A stretch of 64,000 nucleotides of DNA from Promethearchaeota archaeon (GCA_048939995.1 JBHLOY010000002.1:128001-192000), one strand, 5' to 3'. Shown: positions 40,054 to 51,315, counted from the first letter of the stretch. Made by a program: numbers and translations. The notes: generated from the sequence alone by a model not told the origin.

Positions 40054-41889
40054 TTAACTTCCAAATAGTATCTCATCCCAAGGTTGACGATATAATCCTG
40101 CTCGTTGTCTTTTTTGATCAAAAACATGTCCCATCATTCCAATACTTCTGCCTAAAACAAATAGTCCATTTAAAGCTTCACTATAGATCACATCCTCAAT
40201 TTCTTCTGCTGTAAAGTCTAGATTCTCAAGTAAATCAAGGAAGCAAATTCCGATACATCCATCAACATTCAATATCAAATTATTTCTTTTTGCTGTAGTT
40301 AATTTCTCAACGTCTAGTGCAAAGTCAAGGTGAGGATGTTTTTCAAAGTTTTTAAACACAAATTCCTTTAGCAATGAAACTCTTACATCTGGGTTTTGGA
40401 CAGATTTAATTCTATGACCTATTCCGGGAATATTTATTTGTACAACGTTTTTCATATAATCAACGAAGTCATGGGGAGACATTTCTTTTTGTACAGCTTC
40501 CCTTATATATTTTGCAGCATCTGATATTGCTCCTCCAAATCTAGGTCCTATAGTCAAGATCCCACTTGCAACTGCAGACATAAGATCCTTGCCAGCTCGA
40601 GCAGTAATGATCGCATTATGCGCTCCAGAAACTGCTGGTCCGTGATCTGCAGTAAGCTTTATTACAATTTCAATAAATTGTTGTGCGAATTCAGGTAATT
40701 CTCTCTTAAACCATAAGAGTCCTATAACATATCCGATAGATTTATTCTCTTCAATAATTTTATCAAGTCCAACGCCAGCAAAAGTTGGAACATCACCACG
40801 ATCATCTGAGATCGTCACTACTACATCTGAGGATCGTCTTACTAGACCCATTCTCACAGCTTCATTATAATCCATAGGTACTTTGGGAGGTTCTATTTCT
40901 TTTATAATTTCTATTTTTCCTGATTGTTTTAACTTCTCAAAAGTTTCCTTTATTAGCTTATCAAAATCTTCATATGATTCTGGAACAAGAGCTCCCGCTT
41001 TTTTGAGTGCTTGATTTTTAGCTTCAGCAGTTTCTTTATCACTGCCCGCCATAGCGCCTGCGTGGCCAAACTGGAGCCCTTTCGGGAGTATTTTAGCCGC
41101 AGTACCGGTCACCCATATTACAAGCGGTTTCTTTATCTTTCCGCTCTCTAATGCATCAACAATCTCATATTCTTCTGTCCCTCCAATTTCACCTAAACAA
41201 ATTAGCATTTTTATTTTCGGATTTGTTTCATAGCGTAGAAGATGATCAATTAATCGTGAGCCTGGATATCTATCACCTCCGATTGCAATTGATTCATAAA
41301 CACCGTCTGTGTTTTGAGCAATCATAAAATTCATTTCATTACTTAATCCACCAGATTTGGATACAAATCCAACTGAACCTGGGCGATATAACTTTGATAG
41401 AATAATATTCTCCAGTGTTCCTGCTGTATTTCCAATTTTAAATGCTCCTGCTTTAATTCCACCAACAGTTGCTGGACCGATAATCACTTTATTTCGCTCT
41501 TTTGCTAATTTAATCAACAAGCGACTTTGTCTCTCTGGTACGCCTTCAGCTATTATTGTTACGACTCGAATGGTATTTGATTCAAGTGCTTCTTTACTAG
41601 TTTCGTAAGCAGATCGAAAGGAAGCAAAATTTATCATAACATCTACATTAGGATGTTTTTTAATTGCCATATTAAGAGTTTTATATACTGGAATAACAAC
41701 TTCTTTGCTACCCCAAAATGCTTTATGATATGCGACTGCAGCTTCTTGAGTAGGTCGAATCATCGCAGCAACCGAGGGTTTTTTTCGTCTACATACATAA
41801 TCAAAATCTAACATCCTTTGGACTGGAGCTGCTTGAAGTCCATATATTATTGCTTGAGTTTCTTCATTAAATAACTCATAATCTTCCAT
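40054..41889 (-). CDS. aclA: ATP citrate lyase large (alpha) subunit
   Basis: QRMLDFDY, NFASFRSA, IGPATVGG, SKSGGLSNE, QFGHAGA phospho-His, DHGPAVSGAHN, IPGIGHRIKS, NLILNVDG. Confidence 0.93.
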   Translation of the reverse strand: MEDYELFNEETQAIIYGLQAAPVQRMLDFDYVCRRKKPSVAAMIRPTQEAAVAYHKAFWGSKEVVIPVYKTLNMAIKKHPNVDVMINFASFRSAYETSKEALESNTIRVVTIIAEGVPERQSRLLIKLAKERNKVIIGPATVGGIKAGAFKIGNTAGTLENIILSKLYRPGSVGFVSKSGGLSNEMNFMIAQNTDGVYESIAIGGDRYPGSRLIDHLLRYETNPKIKMLICLGEIGGTEEYEIVDALESGKIKKPLVIWVTGTAAKILPKGLQFGHAGAMAGSDKETAEAKNQALKKAGALVPESYEDFDKLIKETFEKLKQSGKIEIIKEIEPPKVPMDYNEAVRMGLVRRSSDVVVTISDDRGDVPTFAGVGLDKIIEENKSIGYVIGLLWFKRELPEFAQQFIEIVIKLTADHGPAVSGAHNAIITARAGKDLMSAVASGILTIGPRFGGAISDAAKYIREAVQKEMSPHDFVDYMKNVVQINIPGIGHRIKSVQNPDVRVSLLKEFVFKNFEKHPHLDFALDVEKLTTAKRNNLILNVDGCIGICFLDLLENLDFTAEEIEDVIYSEALNGLFVLGRSIGMMGHVFDQKRQRAGLYRQPWDEILFGS

Positions 41890-43178
41890 TATTTTTCACC
41901 CTTTATTTTTTCAATCATTCGAGATACAGGACGAGTCATACTACTATAGCGATCATAAATTTCAATTGGAATTCCAGTTTCTTCTCCTACCTGCCTCATT
42001 AACTCTAATCCCTGTTTTTCATTTGGACCTCCTCTCCTTACAAGAATCTTTACATTTGCTTTCTTTAGTTTGTCAACAGATTTCTTTATAGCATTTACAA
42101 TTCCCCCAAAAGTTGCTTTTACATCGGTAAAATTTGCAATTCCTCCACCAATAATCAAAAATTTATCTCCTTTTGGATTCGGATGTTCTGTAATAAGATC
42201 AATCAATGTTTGAGCATATATTTCAGTATGTTCCTGAGATGGATTTCCTGAATATTCTCCATAATTCCCCAATTCTTTCGAAAAACCGAGATCTGCAATA
42301 GTATCTGTATAAATAACTGAGGCTCCTCCACCAGCTACCATGGTCCATACATTGCCCTCTCTATTTAGAATTGTAAGCTTAAGGGAGGCTCCAGTTTTTT
42401 CATCCAATTCTTTTATTTTATTTTCTTCTGGACTCATCACCTGCCCGAATCCTGCGGGAAACTCAATAGGATTGCTTGGATTACCCCATGTATCAGTATG
42501 AAGAAATGCAGCAGTGTCATCTAACCGCGCTTTTACATCAAGTGGAACGACTTTATTGTCATGAGTAACTGCGAAAGGATTTATTTCTAAGAAAGTAAAA
42601 TCTTGATCTACAAATACTTGATACAAACCTTTAAAGAATGGAATTAAAACATCTTTTAAGTCTCCCAAATTGGGTAATTTCCTTTCTAAATCGAAGGAAG
42701 AGATATCGGTACCAATAGGGATGTGAATATGGGAAACCTTGTCCCAATTTTCCTCAATAAAAATACCCCCTTCAAAGCTAAAATGGATTATATCTCCTTC
42801 TCTATCAGAGGTTATTGATACATAATATTCCTTCTCATGTGGGATAAATGGTTCAATTAATAAACGTTTTAATGCTCCTCGTACATTGCCAATTTCACAA
42901 ACTCTATCTAAATTGTTATAACAGAAGTCCTTCATTTCATCACAATTTGCATCTAATAAGATTAAATTAGCTTTTCCTCGCTTCCCAAATAATTGGTCTG
43001 GTTTTGCTACAACTTTTTCTGTATTTAACCATGGATTTTCAGAAATAACTTTATCTATATCTGTGTCGCAATCGATTATAACCAATTTATTATGATAGTT
43101 AAATTCTGGATAAAACTTTGGCAGCTGAGTTGTTAGAAGTTTTTTAGCATCATATTCATAAATATTCTTTTGAGCCAA
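41889..43178 (-). CDS. aclB: ATP citrate lyase small (beta) subunit
   Basis: KPDQLFGKRGK, LEINP, GASLKLT, MVAGGGASVIY, NYGEYSG, GGGIANFTDV, VRRGGPN. Confidence 0.93.
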   Translation of the reverse strand: MAQKNIYEYDAKKLLTTQLPKFYPEFNYHNKLVIIDCDTDIDKVISENPWLNTEKVVAKPDQLFGKRGKANLILLDANCDEMKDFCYNNLDRVCEIGNVRGALKRLLIEPFIPHEKEYYVSITSDREGDIIHFSFEGGIFIEENWDKVSHIHIPIGTDISSFDLERKLPNLGDLKDVLIPFFKGLYQVFVDQDFTFLEINPFAVTHDNKVVPLDVKARLDDTAAFLHTDTWGNPSNPIEFPAGFGQVMSPEENKIKELDEKTGASLKLTILNREGNVWTMVAGGGASVIYTDTIADLGFSKELGNYGEYSGNPSQEHTEIYAQTLIDLITEHPNPKGDKFLIIGGGIANFTDVKATFGGIVNAIKKSVDKLKKANVKILVRRGGPNEKQGLELMRQVGEETGIPIEIYDRYSSMTRPVSRMIEKIKGEK

Positions 43179-43243
43179 TTTCTTTATTCTCCTAAATTTT
43201 AAGCAATATTTTATAAAATATACTAATATGTGTAGAGTAAGTT

Positions 43244-43305
43244 TTTATAAAAATTTTTCCCACATCTCTTATATGGGAAGAACTTCCCTTTTCATTGGGG
43301 AAAGT
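43244..43305 (-). promoter_or_regulatory. aclB promoter (GGAAAAA-TTTTTATAAA) with two adjacent TTCCC-Nn-GGGAA inverted repeats
   Basis: TTCCCA..TGGGAA at 43257-43279 and TTCCC..GGGAA at 43284-43302. Confidence 0.45.
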
Positions 43306-43411
43306 GTAAAACTCGTTTAAAATTTTAAAGATTTTAACAAAAAGAAAATGAAAACTGGCTCGAAATAATAAATTTATTTATAAGATTGTATGTCTAATGT
43401 TAATGAGATAC

Positions 43412-44020
43412 TCACTTTCTTACAATATAATCTATTATACAAGTACGTTCGGTATTAAAGTACTTTCCTTTTAAAACATGTTTTTTTTCCTTATAAAGGA
43501 TCTCAAAATTATCAAAAAACATATCGGGTTCATCATCATCATAATAACTATGCAAATATTCTTCGTTTCCATGTTTACTAATTATTTCACCAGAATTAGA
43601 TTCTTCATTTTCGTTGAACCAAATATCATCTTTTGAAAGAAAGTTGAGATAACATAAGCCTCCTTTAGTTAATACACGGCATATCTCATTAATAGCTTGA
43701 TTTGTGTCATTTTTGCTTAAGTGGACCATAGAAAGGTAAGAATATACGTAACCAAAGAAATTAGAGTCAAAAGGTATATTCCTCATATCTCCTTTAATTA
43801 TATTTAACTTTATATCATTCACTTTGCAAAAATCTTCTGTTTTCTTTATCTCTTCCTCAGAGATATCAATACCATATGTTTCAAAACCATTTTCATAGAA
43901 AAAAGCAAGCTTAGGACTGGAACCCCCAGCACCACAATCCAATATTCTTTTGACAACTGGATTTAACTGAATAAATCTTAGAAAAACGTATAACGAAGTT
44001 GGATAGAATTTTTTAATCAT
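43412..44020 (-). CDS. Class I SAM-dependent methyltransferase
   Basis: ILDCGAGG, GIDIS, GDMRNIPF, RVLTKGG. Confidence 0.88.
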   Translation of the reverse strand: MIKKFYPTSLYVFLRFIQLNPVVKRILDCGAGGSSPKLAFFYENGFETYGIDISEEEIKKTEDFCKVNDIKLNIIKGDMRNIPFDSNFFGYVYSYLSMVHLSKNDTNQAINEICRVLTKGGLCYLNFLSKDDIWFNENEESNSGEIISKHGNEEYLHSYYDDDEPDMFFDNFEILYKEKKHVLKGKYFNTERTCIIDYIVRK

Positions 44021-44042
44021 TTTTAAAGAAATTTTGGGTAGT

Positions 44043-44903
44043 TTATAAAATTTCTTTAATTAAATGAGGAATATCCCAAGGAGTATCCGCAACATAAACT
44101 CCAGCGTTCTTTAAGGCTTTATTTTTTCCCTCCGCAGTCCCAAAATCACCAGAAATAATAGCGCCCGCATGACCCATTCTTTTTCCCTCAGGAGCGTTCT
44201 TTCCAGCAATATATGCTATAATAGGTTTATTTACGCTACTCTTTATGTAGTCTGCAGTTTTTTCTTCTTCATCACTTCCTATTTCTCCAATTAAAACAAT
44301 TAGTTTTGTATTTTCATCTTCAACATAATATTCAACAGCTTCTTTCATAGTTGTACCTCTAACTGGATCTCCCCCAATACCAATGTAGGCTGATACTCCA
44401 ATGCCCTGATCTCCGATAAATTTTGTTATTTCATATGAAAGAGTTCCACTTTTGGATATTATAGCAACATCTCCAAATTTACATATATCATCGGGCATAA
44501 TACCTAGTTTAATTTTTTCTGGTATTAACATTCCTGGACAATTAGGGCCAATCACGTGTAAATTTCGCTTATTTGCTATTTCTACTATTCGAAGCATATC
44601 AAAAACTGGCACATTTTCAGTTATAATTGTAGTACTTTTTATTCCTGCCAAGAGGCTTTCTTTAACAGCTCCAAATGCGAATCTAGCAGGTACAAATACG
44701 ATACTTGTATCACATCCAGTAATTTCTTTTGCCTCCTTGACTTTATCAAATACAGGAACACCTAATACTTCTTGCCCCCCTTTTCCTGGAGTTACTCCAG
44801 CAACGATATTAGTACCATACTTTAACATCAATTCAGTATGAAAATTTCCTTGATATCCTGTTATTCCTTGTACAAGAACTCTTGAATTTTCGTTAATATA
44901 CAT
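44043..44903 (-). CDS. sucD: Succinyl-CoA synthetase alpha subunit
   Basis: VQGITG, GVTPGKGG, IGPNCPG, SKSGTL, GIGGDP, MGHAGA. Confidence 0.95.
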   Translation of the reverse strand: MYINENSRVLVQGITGYQGNFHTELMLKYGTNIVAGVTPGKGGQEVLGVPVFDKVKEAKEITGCDTSIVFVPARFAFGAVKESLLAGIKSTTIITENVPVFDMLRIVEIANKRNLHVIGPNCPGMLIPEKIKLGIMPDDICKFGDVAIISKSGTLSYEITKFIGDQGIGVSAYIGIGGDPVRGTTMKEAVEYYVEDENTKLIVLIGEIGSDEEEKTADYIKSSVNKPIIAYIAGKNAPEGKRMGHAGAIISGDFGTAEGKNKALKNAGVYVADTPWDIPHLIKEIL

Positions 44904-44906
44904 ACT

Positions 44907-46028
44907 TTATTTCAAAACCTCCTTAACCTTATTTACAGCTTCCAATACATCTTGATATGCATTAATTCCTTTACTTTTGAGGATTGAGATTCCTTCTTTA
45001 TCTTTTGTACCAGTTAATCTAATAACCATTGGAGGAGTGTTTTGAAAATCATTTAAAGCTTGGATTATTGCTTCAGCAACAATATCACATCTCGTAATAC
45101 CACCAAAAATGTTAATTAGAATTGCTTTCGGTTCTAATTTGAATAATAGCTCTAAAGCCTTATACACTCGTTCCTTACTAGCTCCACCCCCTACATCTAA
45201 AAAATTTGCGGGCTTTAAATCCTTATTAGCTAAGAGATCTAAAAGAGCCATTGTTAAACCTGCTCCATTAGCCAATATTCCAATATCTCCTTCTAATTCC
45301 ACAAATGAAAATCCTGCTTTCTTTGCATCGTATTCTAATATTGAAAGCTTCTTTTCTTGTAACTCTCTTATGATGGGTTGCCGAAAAGCTGCATCATCAT
45401 CCAAGATCATTTTACCATCAACTGCAATTAATCCAGTGGAAGTTAAAACTAGTGGGTTTATCTCTACTAATTGTGCTTCCAATTCAGTGGTTATTTTCCA
45501 TAAACGAAGAAAAATCTCTTTAATTGAATCTAGAAGAGAATCCCTAAATCCTAACATTTTCCCCATATTTAAAGCCAATTCTGGGGTCAAACCGACATTA
45601 ATAGAGAAACCTTCCTTGATAATTGCATCTGGATTATTCTTGGACACCTCTTCAATATCAATACCCCCTTCCTTACTAGCTATTGCGAAAAATTGTTTCC
45701 CTGATGCATCCAATGCTATAGAGATATAATATTCATTTTGAATGTTTACTAACTCTTCAATTAAAACTGCTTCTACATTAAATCCATTAACTTTCTTTTC
45801 CAAAAAATCTGAAACCAAATTGAAAGCTTCATCTTTTGATTTAGCAACCTTAATCAAACCAGCCTTCTTTCGACTACCAATCGCTATTTGTGCTTTAATT
45901 ATTGCGGGAAAGTTAAAACGGTTGACTTTTTCTTTTATATTGTCTTCCTTTAAGATAACAATACGTTCTGCTAAAGGAATCTTAAATTTTTCGAAAATAT
46001 TCTTACTTTCAAATTCTAATAAACGTAT
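44907..46028 (-). CDS. sucC: Succinyl-CoA synthetase beta subunit (ATA start)
   Basis: Frame extends upstream of 45857 to ATA-CGT-TTA-TTA-GAA (xRLLEFESK..., KAQI..GSRKKAG); EINPL, NGAGLTM, ANFLDVGGG, NIFGGITRC. Confidence 0.92.
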   Translation of the reverse strand: MRLLEFESKNIFEKFKIPLAERIVILKEDNIKEKVNRFNFPAIIKAQIAIGSRKKAGLIKVAKSKDEAFNLVSDFLEKKVNGFNVEAVLIEELVNIQNEYYISIALDASGKQFFAIASKEGGIDIEEVSKNNPDAIIKEGFSINVGLTPELALNMGKMLGFRDSLLDSIKEIFLRLWKITTELEAQLVEINPLVLTSTGLIAVDGKMILDDDAAFRQPIIRELQEKKLSILEYDAKKAGFSFVELEGDIGILANGAGLTMALLDLLANKDLKPANFLDVGGGASKERVYKALELLFKLEPKAILINIFGGITRCDIVAEAIIQALNDFQNTPPMVIRLTGTKDKEGISILKSKGINAYQDVLEAVNKVKEVLK

Positions 46029-46226
46029 TTTTGATCAACTGTTAGATATCACTTACAATCTAATCATCATTTACGTCCATTTCCTAATAAAACTATTTCT
46101 AATAATCTATAAAATAGAATTAATTCCTTCAAAAATCCTTATAATCTATAAAAAAAGGCTTTTTATCTCTCTGATTACCTAGTTAATATATCTAAATTTA
46201 CTGATTTTTGGTAAAATTATTTTATT

Positions 46227-47960
46227 ATGCAATCAGAACTCAATAAACAAGATATTTCGATTGTTTTATGTGGAGCTGCAGGACAAGGAATTCAAACTGT
46301 AGAAGAATTACTGACAAAAACCCTAAATAGGTCTGGTTATTATGTATTTGCTACTAGAGAATATATGTCTAGGGTGCGGGGTGGAGTAAATTCGACGGCG
46401 ATTCGGGTATCTGATAAACCTGTCAGAGCTTTCGTTGAAAGAATTGACATTTTATTCCCTTTAACTGATCAGGCAGTTCCTCATCTTAAAGAGCGAATTA
46501 AAGCTAATACGATCATTATAGGAGAGAAAAGATTTGTTAATACTATGCCCGAATTAGGTGGTAATCGAATAGAAGTTCCATTTTTAGATATTTCAAACGA
46601 AATTGGAGGAAAAATCTATGCTAATATCATTGCTCTGGGAGCTCTTTTAAATATTTTGAATGCAGATAAATTAGAACTAGAAACACTAATAACAAAAAAC
46701 TTCCAACAAAAAGGACAAAATATTGTAGAAAATAATAAAAAAGCGGTAAATAAAGGTTATGAAATTGCTGATGAGCTTTTAAAGAAAGGCTCTCTTAATC
46801 TTAATATCGCTATTAGTAAAGATAATAATATAATAAACGACTACATCCTTGATGGAACTAAGGCTATAGGGTTAGGTGCAATTCGAGGAGGAGTTAATTA
46901 TGCATGTTTTTATCCAATGGCTCCTTCTACGGGAATTGGTACTTTCTTGGCTCAACATGCTTTAGAATTTGGAATGATCATCGATCAGTCTGAAGATGAA
47001 TTAAGTGTAATTAACAAAGTTTTGGGTGCGTCTTATGTGGGAGCAAGAGCATTTGTATCTACCGCTGGTGGGGGCTTTTCTCTAATGTCAGAAGGTGTAA
47101 GTTTAGCTGGTATGGCAGAATTACCAATTGTAATTGTAGTAGGGCAAAGACCTGGACCTGCTACGGGAATGCCAACACGCACTTGTCAAGAAGATATAGA
47201 ATTAGTGTTATATGCTGGTGCGGGATATTTTCCAAGAATCATATTTGCTCCCGGAACTATTGAGGATTTGTTCTTACTGACTCAAAAGGCTTTTAATTTA
47301 ACCCAACAATTCCATGTACCTGTGTTCATTTTAACTGATCAGTATATTAACGATTCCTATTATAATATTAAATCTTTAGATTATGATAATTTGGAAAATG
47401 AAAAGTACATAGTTAAATCTGATGAAGATTATGAAAGATATATTTTTACAGAAAATGGAGTATCTCCTCGCAGTGTACCGGGGTATGGAAATGGACTTGT
47501 TGATGCAGATAGCCATACACACGATGACTTTGGAAATATTACAGAAGATCCAATTTTAAGAAATAAAGCTGTCCAGAAGAGACTTAAAAAGCTTGAATCG
47601 ATCAAAAAAGAAATTATAGCTCCAGAATTTTTGGGCAATGTAAATTTCAAATATCTAATAATTAGTTGGGGTAGCAATTATTATTTAATTAAGGAGGCAT
47701 TAGAAATCCTTAATAGAGACGATGTTGGATTCCTACATTTTAAACAAATTTGCCCCGTGCATCCAAGTACATTGGATTATCTTATTAAAGCAGAAAAGAA
47801 AATCTCAATTGAACAAAATCCCACAGGTCAGTTTGCAAAACTCCTTGAAAATGAATTTCATATAAACATGAATCATCAGATAACAAAATATAGTGGTTAT
47901 GTTTTTTCTATTGAAGAGATTGTAAGAGAATTAAGAAAATATATTGAGAGTGATGTATAG
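46227..47960 (+). CDS. korA: 2-oxoacid:ferredoxin oxidoreductase alpha subunit (gamma-alpha fused, KorA type)
   Basis: [49 protein letters not shown]. Confidence 0.9.
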   Translation: MQSELNKQDISIVLCGAAGQGIQTVEELLTKTLNRSGYYVFATREYMSRVRGGVNSTAIRVSDKPVRAFVERIDILFPLTDQAVPHLKERIKANTIIIGEKRFVNTMPELGGNRIEVPFLDISNEIGGKIYANIIALGALLNILNADKLELETLITKNFQQKGQNIVENNKKAVNKGYEIADELLKKGSLNLNIAISKDNNIINDYILDGTKAIGLGAIRGGVNYACFYPMAPSTGIGTFLAQHALEFGMIIDQSEDELSVINKVLGASYVGARAFVSTAGGGFSLMSEGVSLAGMAELPIVIVVGQRPGPATGMPTRTCQEDIELVLYAGAGYFPRIIFAPGTIEDLFLLTQKAFNLTQQFHVPVFILTDQYINDSYYNIKSLDYDNLENEKYIVKSDEDYERYIFTENGVSPRSVPGYGNGLVDADSHTHDDFGNITEDPILRNKAVQKRLKKLESIKKEIIAPEFLGNVNFKYLIISWGSNYYLIKEALEILNRDDVGFLHFKQICPVHPSTLDYLIKAEKKISIEQNPTGQFAKLLENEFHINMNHQITKYSGYVFSIEEIVRELRKYIESDV

Positions 47961-48817
47961 TGTCCAATAGTGAATATGAATTGGATATAGAAATTCATTG
48001 GTGCCCTGGATGTGGAAACTATATTGCTTTACGTATATTAAAGGAGACTTTAATAGAATTAAACTTAAAACCTCAAGATTTGGTAATTGTGTCTGGTATT
48101 GGTCAGGCTGGTAAATTCCCACATTTTATGAAGTCTCAAAGCTTTAATGGATTGCACGGAAGATATTTATCAAATGCATTAGGAATTAAGGCGGCTAATC
48201 CCAGTTTGACTGTAATTGCAATAAGCGGGGACGGTTGTACATATAGTGAAGGAGGAAACCATTTTATTCATACCATCAGATATAACCCTGATATTGTAAA
48301 CATCGTGCATAATAATCAAGTTTACGGTTTAACAAAAGGTCAAGCGTCACCCACTAGTTTGCTAGGATTTAGGACAAAAGTGCAAGTTTTTGGGGTTATT
48401 AATGAACCTTTTAATCCACTAGCTGTAGCTATTTCACTAAATGCGTCATTTGTAGCCAGAGCATTTGTTGGAGATATAGAAAAGGCGAAAGAAATCTATA
48501 AAAAAGCAATTGAACATAAGGGATATGCCCTAATTGATTTATTATGTCCTTGTGTTACCTTCAATCATGTAAATACTTTTCAATGGTACAAAGAAAACAG
48601 CTATTACATCGATGAGGCCCACGATCCATATGATCAAAATAAAGCAATGAATTTAGCTTTAGATTCAAAAAAACTTGCATTAGGAGTGCTTTATATTAGT
48701 CCTAATAAACGTCCCTATGAAGAAAATGTTCAAATCTATAAACAAGATAAACGTCCCCTATACCAAAGAGAATTAGATATTTCTAAATTTAAAAAGTTAA
48801 TAGAATCTTTTCGTTAG
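47960..48817 (+). CDS. korB: 2-oxoacid:ferredoxin oxidoreductase beta subunit
   Basis: [44 protein letters not shown]. Confidence 0.92.
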   Translation: MSNSEYELDIEIHWCPGCGNYIALRILKETLIELNLKPQDLVIVSGIGQAGKFPHFMKSQSFNGLHGRYLSNALGIKAANPSLTVIAISGDGCTYSEGGNHFIHTIRYNPDIVNIVHNNQVYGLTKGQASPTSLLGFRTKVQVFGVINEPFNPLAVAISLNASFVARAFVGDIEKAKEIYKKAIEHKGYALIDLLCPCVTFNHVNTFQWYKENSYYIDEAHDPYDQNKAMNLALDSKKLALGVLYISPNKRPYEENVQIYKQDKRPLYQRELDISKFKKLIESFR

Positions 48818-48841
48818 TTATATGAATTTGATGTAAAAAAC

Positions 48842-50554
48842 ATGAAGATCGAAGAATTTGATGTTGTAATAGTTGGAGCAGGTTTAAGCGGTTTAAGAGC
48901 AGGATTAGAATTATCCTCTCATTGGAATACCGCCATAATTAGTAAAGTATATCCTGTTCGGAGTCATTCTGGAGCCGCTCAAGGAGGTATTAATGCGGCT
49001 TTAGGTAATTTAGTAGAAGCGAAAAATGACAGTCCAAAAAAACACGCATTTGATACAGTAAAAGGATCTGATTATCTAGCAGATCACGATGTCGTTATGT
49101 TTATGTGTGAAGAAGCTCCTAAAATTGTTATCGAATTTGAAAGTATGGGTGCTCCCTTTTCTAGATTAGAAAGTGGCTTAATTGCACAACGCCCATTTGG
49201 TGGAGCTGGTTTTCCACGTACTTGTTATGCTGGTGATCGTACAGGTCATACTCTTTTACACACTCTTAATGAGCAATGTGTCCGGAATGGAATCAATTTT
49301 TTTGATGAGTTTTTTTTAATAGATTTAATTGAAGTTGAAAACAAAATTGCAGGATTAATCGCATTAGAAATTACTACGGGAGATTTAGTCTCTTTTCGAG
49401 CACCTTATATCATTTTAGCTAGTGGAGGATTTGGGAGGATATTTAAGCAGTCAACTAATGCAATGATCAATACTGGTGACGGTGTGGGAGCTGCTTTTCG
49501 CTTGGGTATTCCTATGCAAGATGTCGAATTTGTTCAGTTCCACCCTACCACCTTGTATGGATCTAATATACTTATAACGGAAGGTGCAAGAGGAGAGGGT
49601 GGATATCTATTTAATAAAGAACAAGAACGATTTATGCGTAATCTTGCACCAGATGCTATGGAATTAGCTCCAAGAGACATTGTTGCTAGAGCAATAGAAA
49701 CTGAAATTAATGAAGGAAGGGGGCATAAGAATGCTTATGTGTATTTAGATCTTACCCATCTGGGCGCTGAAAAAATCAAACAGAGACTTCCAGGAATTCG
49801 GGAAATTAGTATTTATTTTGCAGGAATAGATCCTATTGAAGCTCCAATACCAGTACAACCTGGACAACATTATTCGATGGGTGGTATTAGCACAAAATAT
49901 AATGGTGACTATGGTGAGACTGACCTTCCAGGATTATATACGATTGGAGAAAATTCTTGTTTGTCCGTTCATGGAGCCAATAGGCTGGGGGGAAATTCAC
50001 TATTAGAAACTTCTGTATTTGGGAGATATATAGGTAGATTATTACAAAAGAAAGGGCTTCCTAGGAAAATCTCATCCGATAAGATTCAAAAAAAAGAAGA
50101 AAAACTGATTACTAATATCGAATCACAATTTAAACAATGGGATACAAATGAAGGCAAAAAGCCTGTTGAAATAAGAAATAAAATGAAAGAAGTGATGACT
50201 AATAATGTTGGAGTATATAGGAATCATGTAAAATTACAAGAAGCTGTTAATTTATTAAGAGAATTACAGAGGGAATTCTTAGATGTTCATATTCTAACTG
50301 ATGATCGCAAATTTAATTATGGATTAATTAGAACTTTAGAATTAAGAAATATGCTTGATATAGCAGAAGCAACCGCATCAGTAGCATTATGGAGGAAAGA
50401 AAGTCGAGGTGCACATTACAGAATAGATTTTAAAAAAAGAGATGATCAAAATTTCTTGGTCCATTCTTTAGTTTATAGAGTTAAAAATAAATTAGAGATT
50501 AGGACTAAACCCGTTAGATTAGGAATATTTGAAGTGAAGGAGAGGAAATACTGA
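48842..50554 (+). CDS. sdhA: Fumarate reductase / succinate dehydrogenase flavoprotein
   Basis: RSHSGAAQGG, QFHPT, LITEGARGEGG, ELAPRD, HYSMGG, HGANRLGGNSL, ESRGAH. Confidence 0.95.
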   Translation: MKIEEFDVVIVGAGLSGLRAGLELSSHWNTAIISKVYPVRSHSGAAQGGINAALGNLVEAKNDSPKKHAFDTVKGSDYLADHDVVMFMCEEAPKIVIEFESMGAPFSRLESGLIAQRPFGGAGFPRTCYAGDRTGHTLLHTLNEQCVRNGINFFDEFFLIDLIEVENKIAGLIALEITTGDLVSFRAPYIILASGGFGRIFKQSTNAMINTGDGVGAAFRLGIPMQDVEFVQFHPTTLYGSNILITEGARGEGGYLFNKEQERFMRNLAPDAMELAPRDIVARAIETEINEGRGHKNAYVYLDLTHLGAEKIKQRLPGIREISIYFAGIDPIEAPIPVQPGQHYSMGGISTKYNGDYGETDLPGLYTIGENSCLSVHGANRLGGNSLLETSVFGRYIGRLLQKKGLPRKISSDKIQKKEEKLITNIESQFKQWDTNEGKKPVEIRNKMKEVMTNNVGVYRNHVKLQEAVNLLRELQREFLDVHILTDDRKFNYGLIRTLELRNMLDIAEATASVALWRKESRGAHYRIDFKKRDDQNFLVHSLVYRVKNKLEIRTKPVRLGIFEVKERKY

Positions 50555-51315
50555 TGAGTGAAGAGAAAACATTTTTAGTATATCGGAATTCAGGAAAAGG
50601 AGATATTCGTTATGAACGATACACTGTTCCTGTATTTAAAGGAATGAGTGTTTTAGAAGCGCTTTTTTATATCCAAGATTACTATGATTCTACTCTAGCT
50701 TTTCGATATGCTTGTAGAGGGGCAATATGTGGTTCATGTGGAATGACAATAGATAAGATCCCATTATTGGCATGTAGGAGTCAAATATCTACATTAAAAT
50801 CATATAAAAAACCCATCAATTTACCGCATTTCGATTTTGGAACTAATTTAAACTGGGATAGTGAGAATGAGATTTTGGTTGAGCCTTTACCTAATATGAT
50901 TATAATAAAAGACTTAGTAGTGGATATGGATACCTTCTGGAATTTTTATAAAGAAGTCGAACCTTACTTTTCAAGAGAATGGAATGATATTGCTTCAGAA
51001 TCAAAGCAATCTCCAAAAGATATGAAAATCATTGAGCGATATGTTTATTGCATTTTATGTGGACTTTGTTGGGCTTGTCCTGTAAATAAGAAAAATAAAA
51101 ATTACTTAGGACCTGCTCAACTAGCAAAAGCAAATCGATTTATTGAAGATACAAGATTAACAGAAGATAGAAGAAAAAGAATCACATTACGAATCTCTAA
51201 GGATGATGCTGTACCTGCTTGTGAACAATATTTCGTCTGCAATAGGGTTTGTCCTAAACAAGTTATGCCAGGAACAGCAATAAAAGAATTAAGGGATAAC
51301 TGGATTAAAAAATAA
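50554..51315 (+). CDS. sdhB: Fumarate reductase / succinate dehydrogenase Fe-S subunit
   Basis: CRGAICGSC...LAC; KDLVVD; CILCGLC..CP; C.....C...CP. Confidence 0.92.
   Translation: MSEEKTFLVYRNSGKGDIRYERYTVPVFKGMSVLEALFYIQDYYDSTLAFRYACRGAICGSCGMTIDKIPLLACRSQISTLKSYKKPINLPHFDFGTNLNWDSENEILVEPLPNMIIIKDLVVDMDTFWNFYKEVEPYFSREWNDIASESKQSPKDMKIIERYVYCILCGLCWACPVNKKNKNYLGPAQLAKANRFIEDTRLTEDRRKRITLRISKDDAVPACEQYFVCNRVCPKQVMPGTAIKELRDNWIKK

Noticed and set aside
40054-43178. Second succinyl-CoA synthetase or citrate synthase
   Set aside because: The fused SCS-alpha-like plus citryl-CoA lyase domain and the GGGIANFT citrate loop identify ATP citrate lyase.
43257-43305. SECIS element or selenoprotein recoding
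   Set aside because: No in-frame TGA at a conserved Cys position in nearby genes, and no clear AUGA/GA core.
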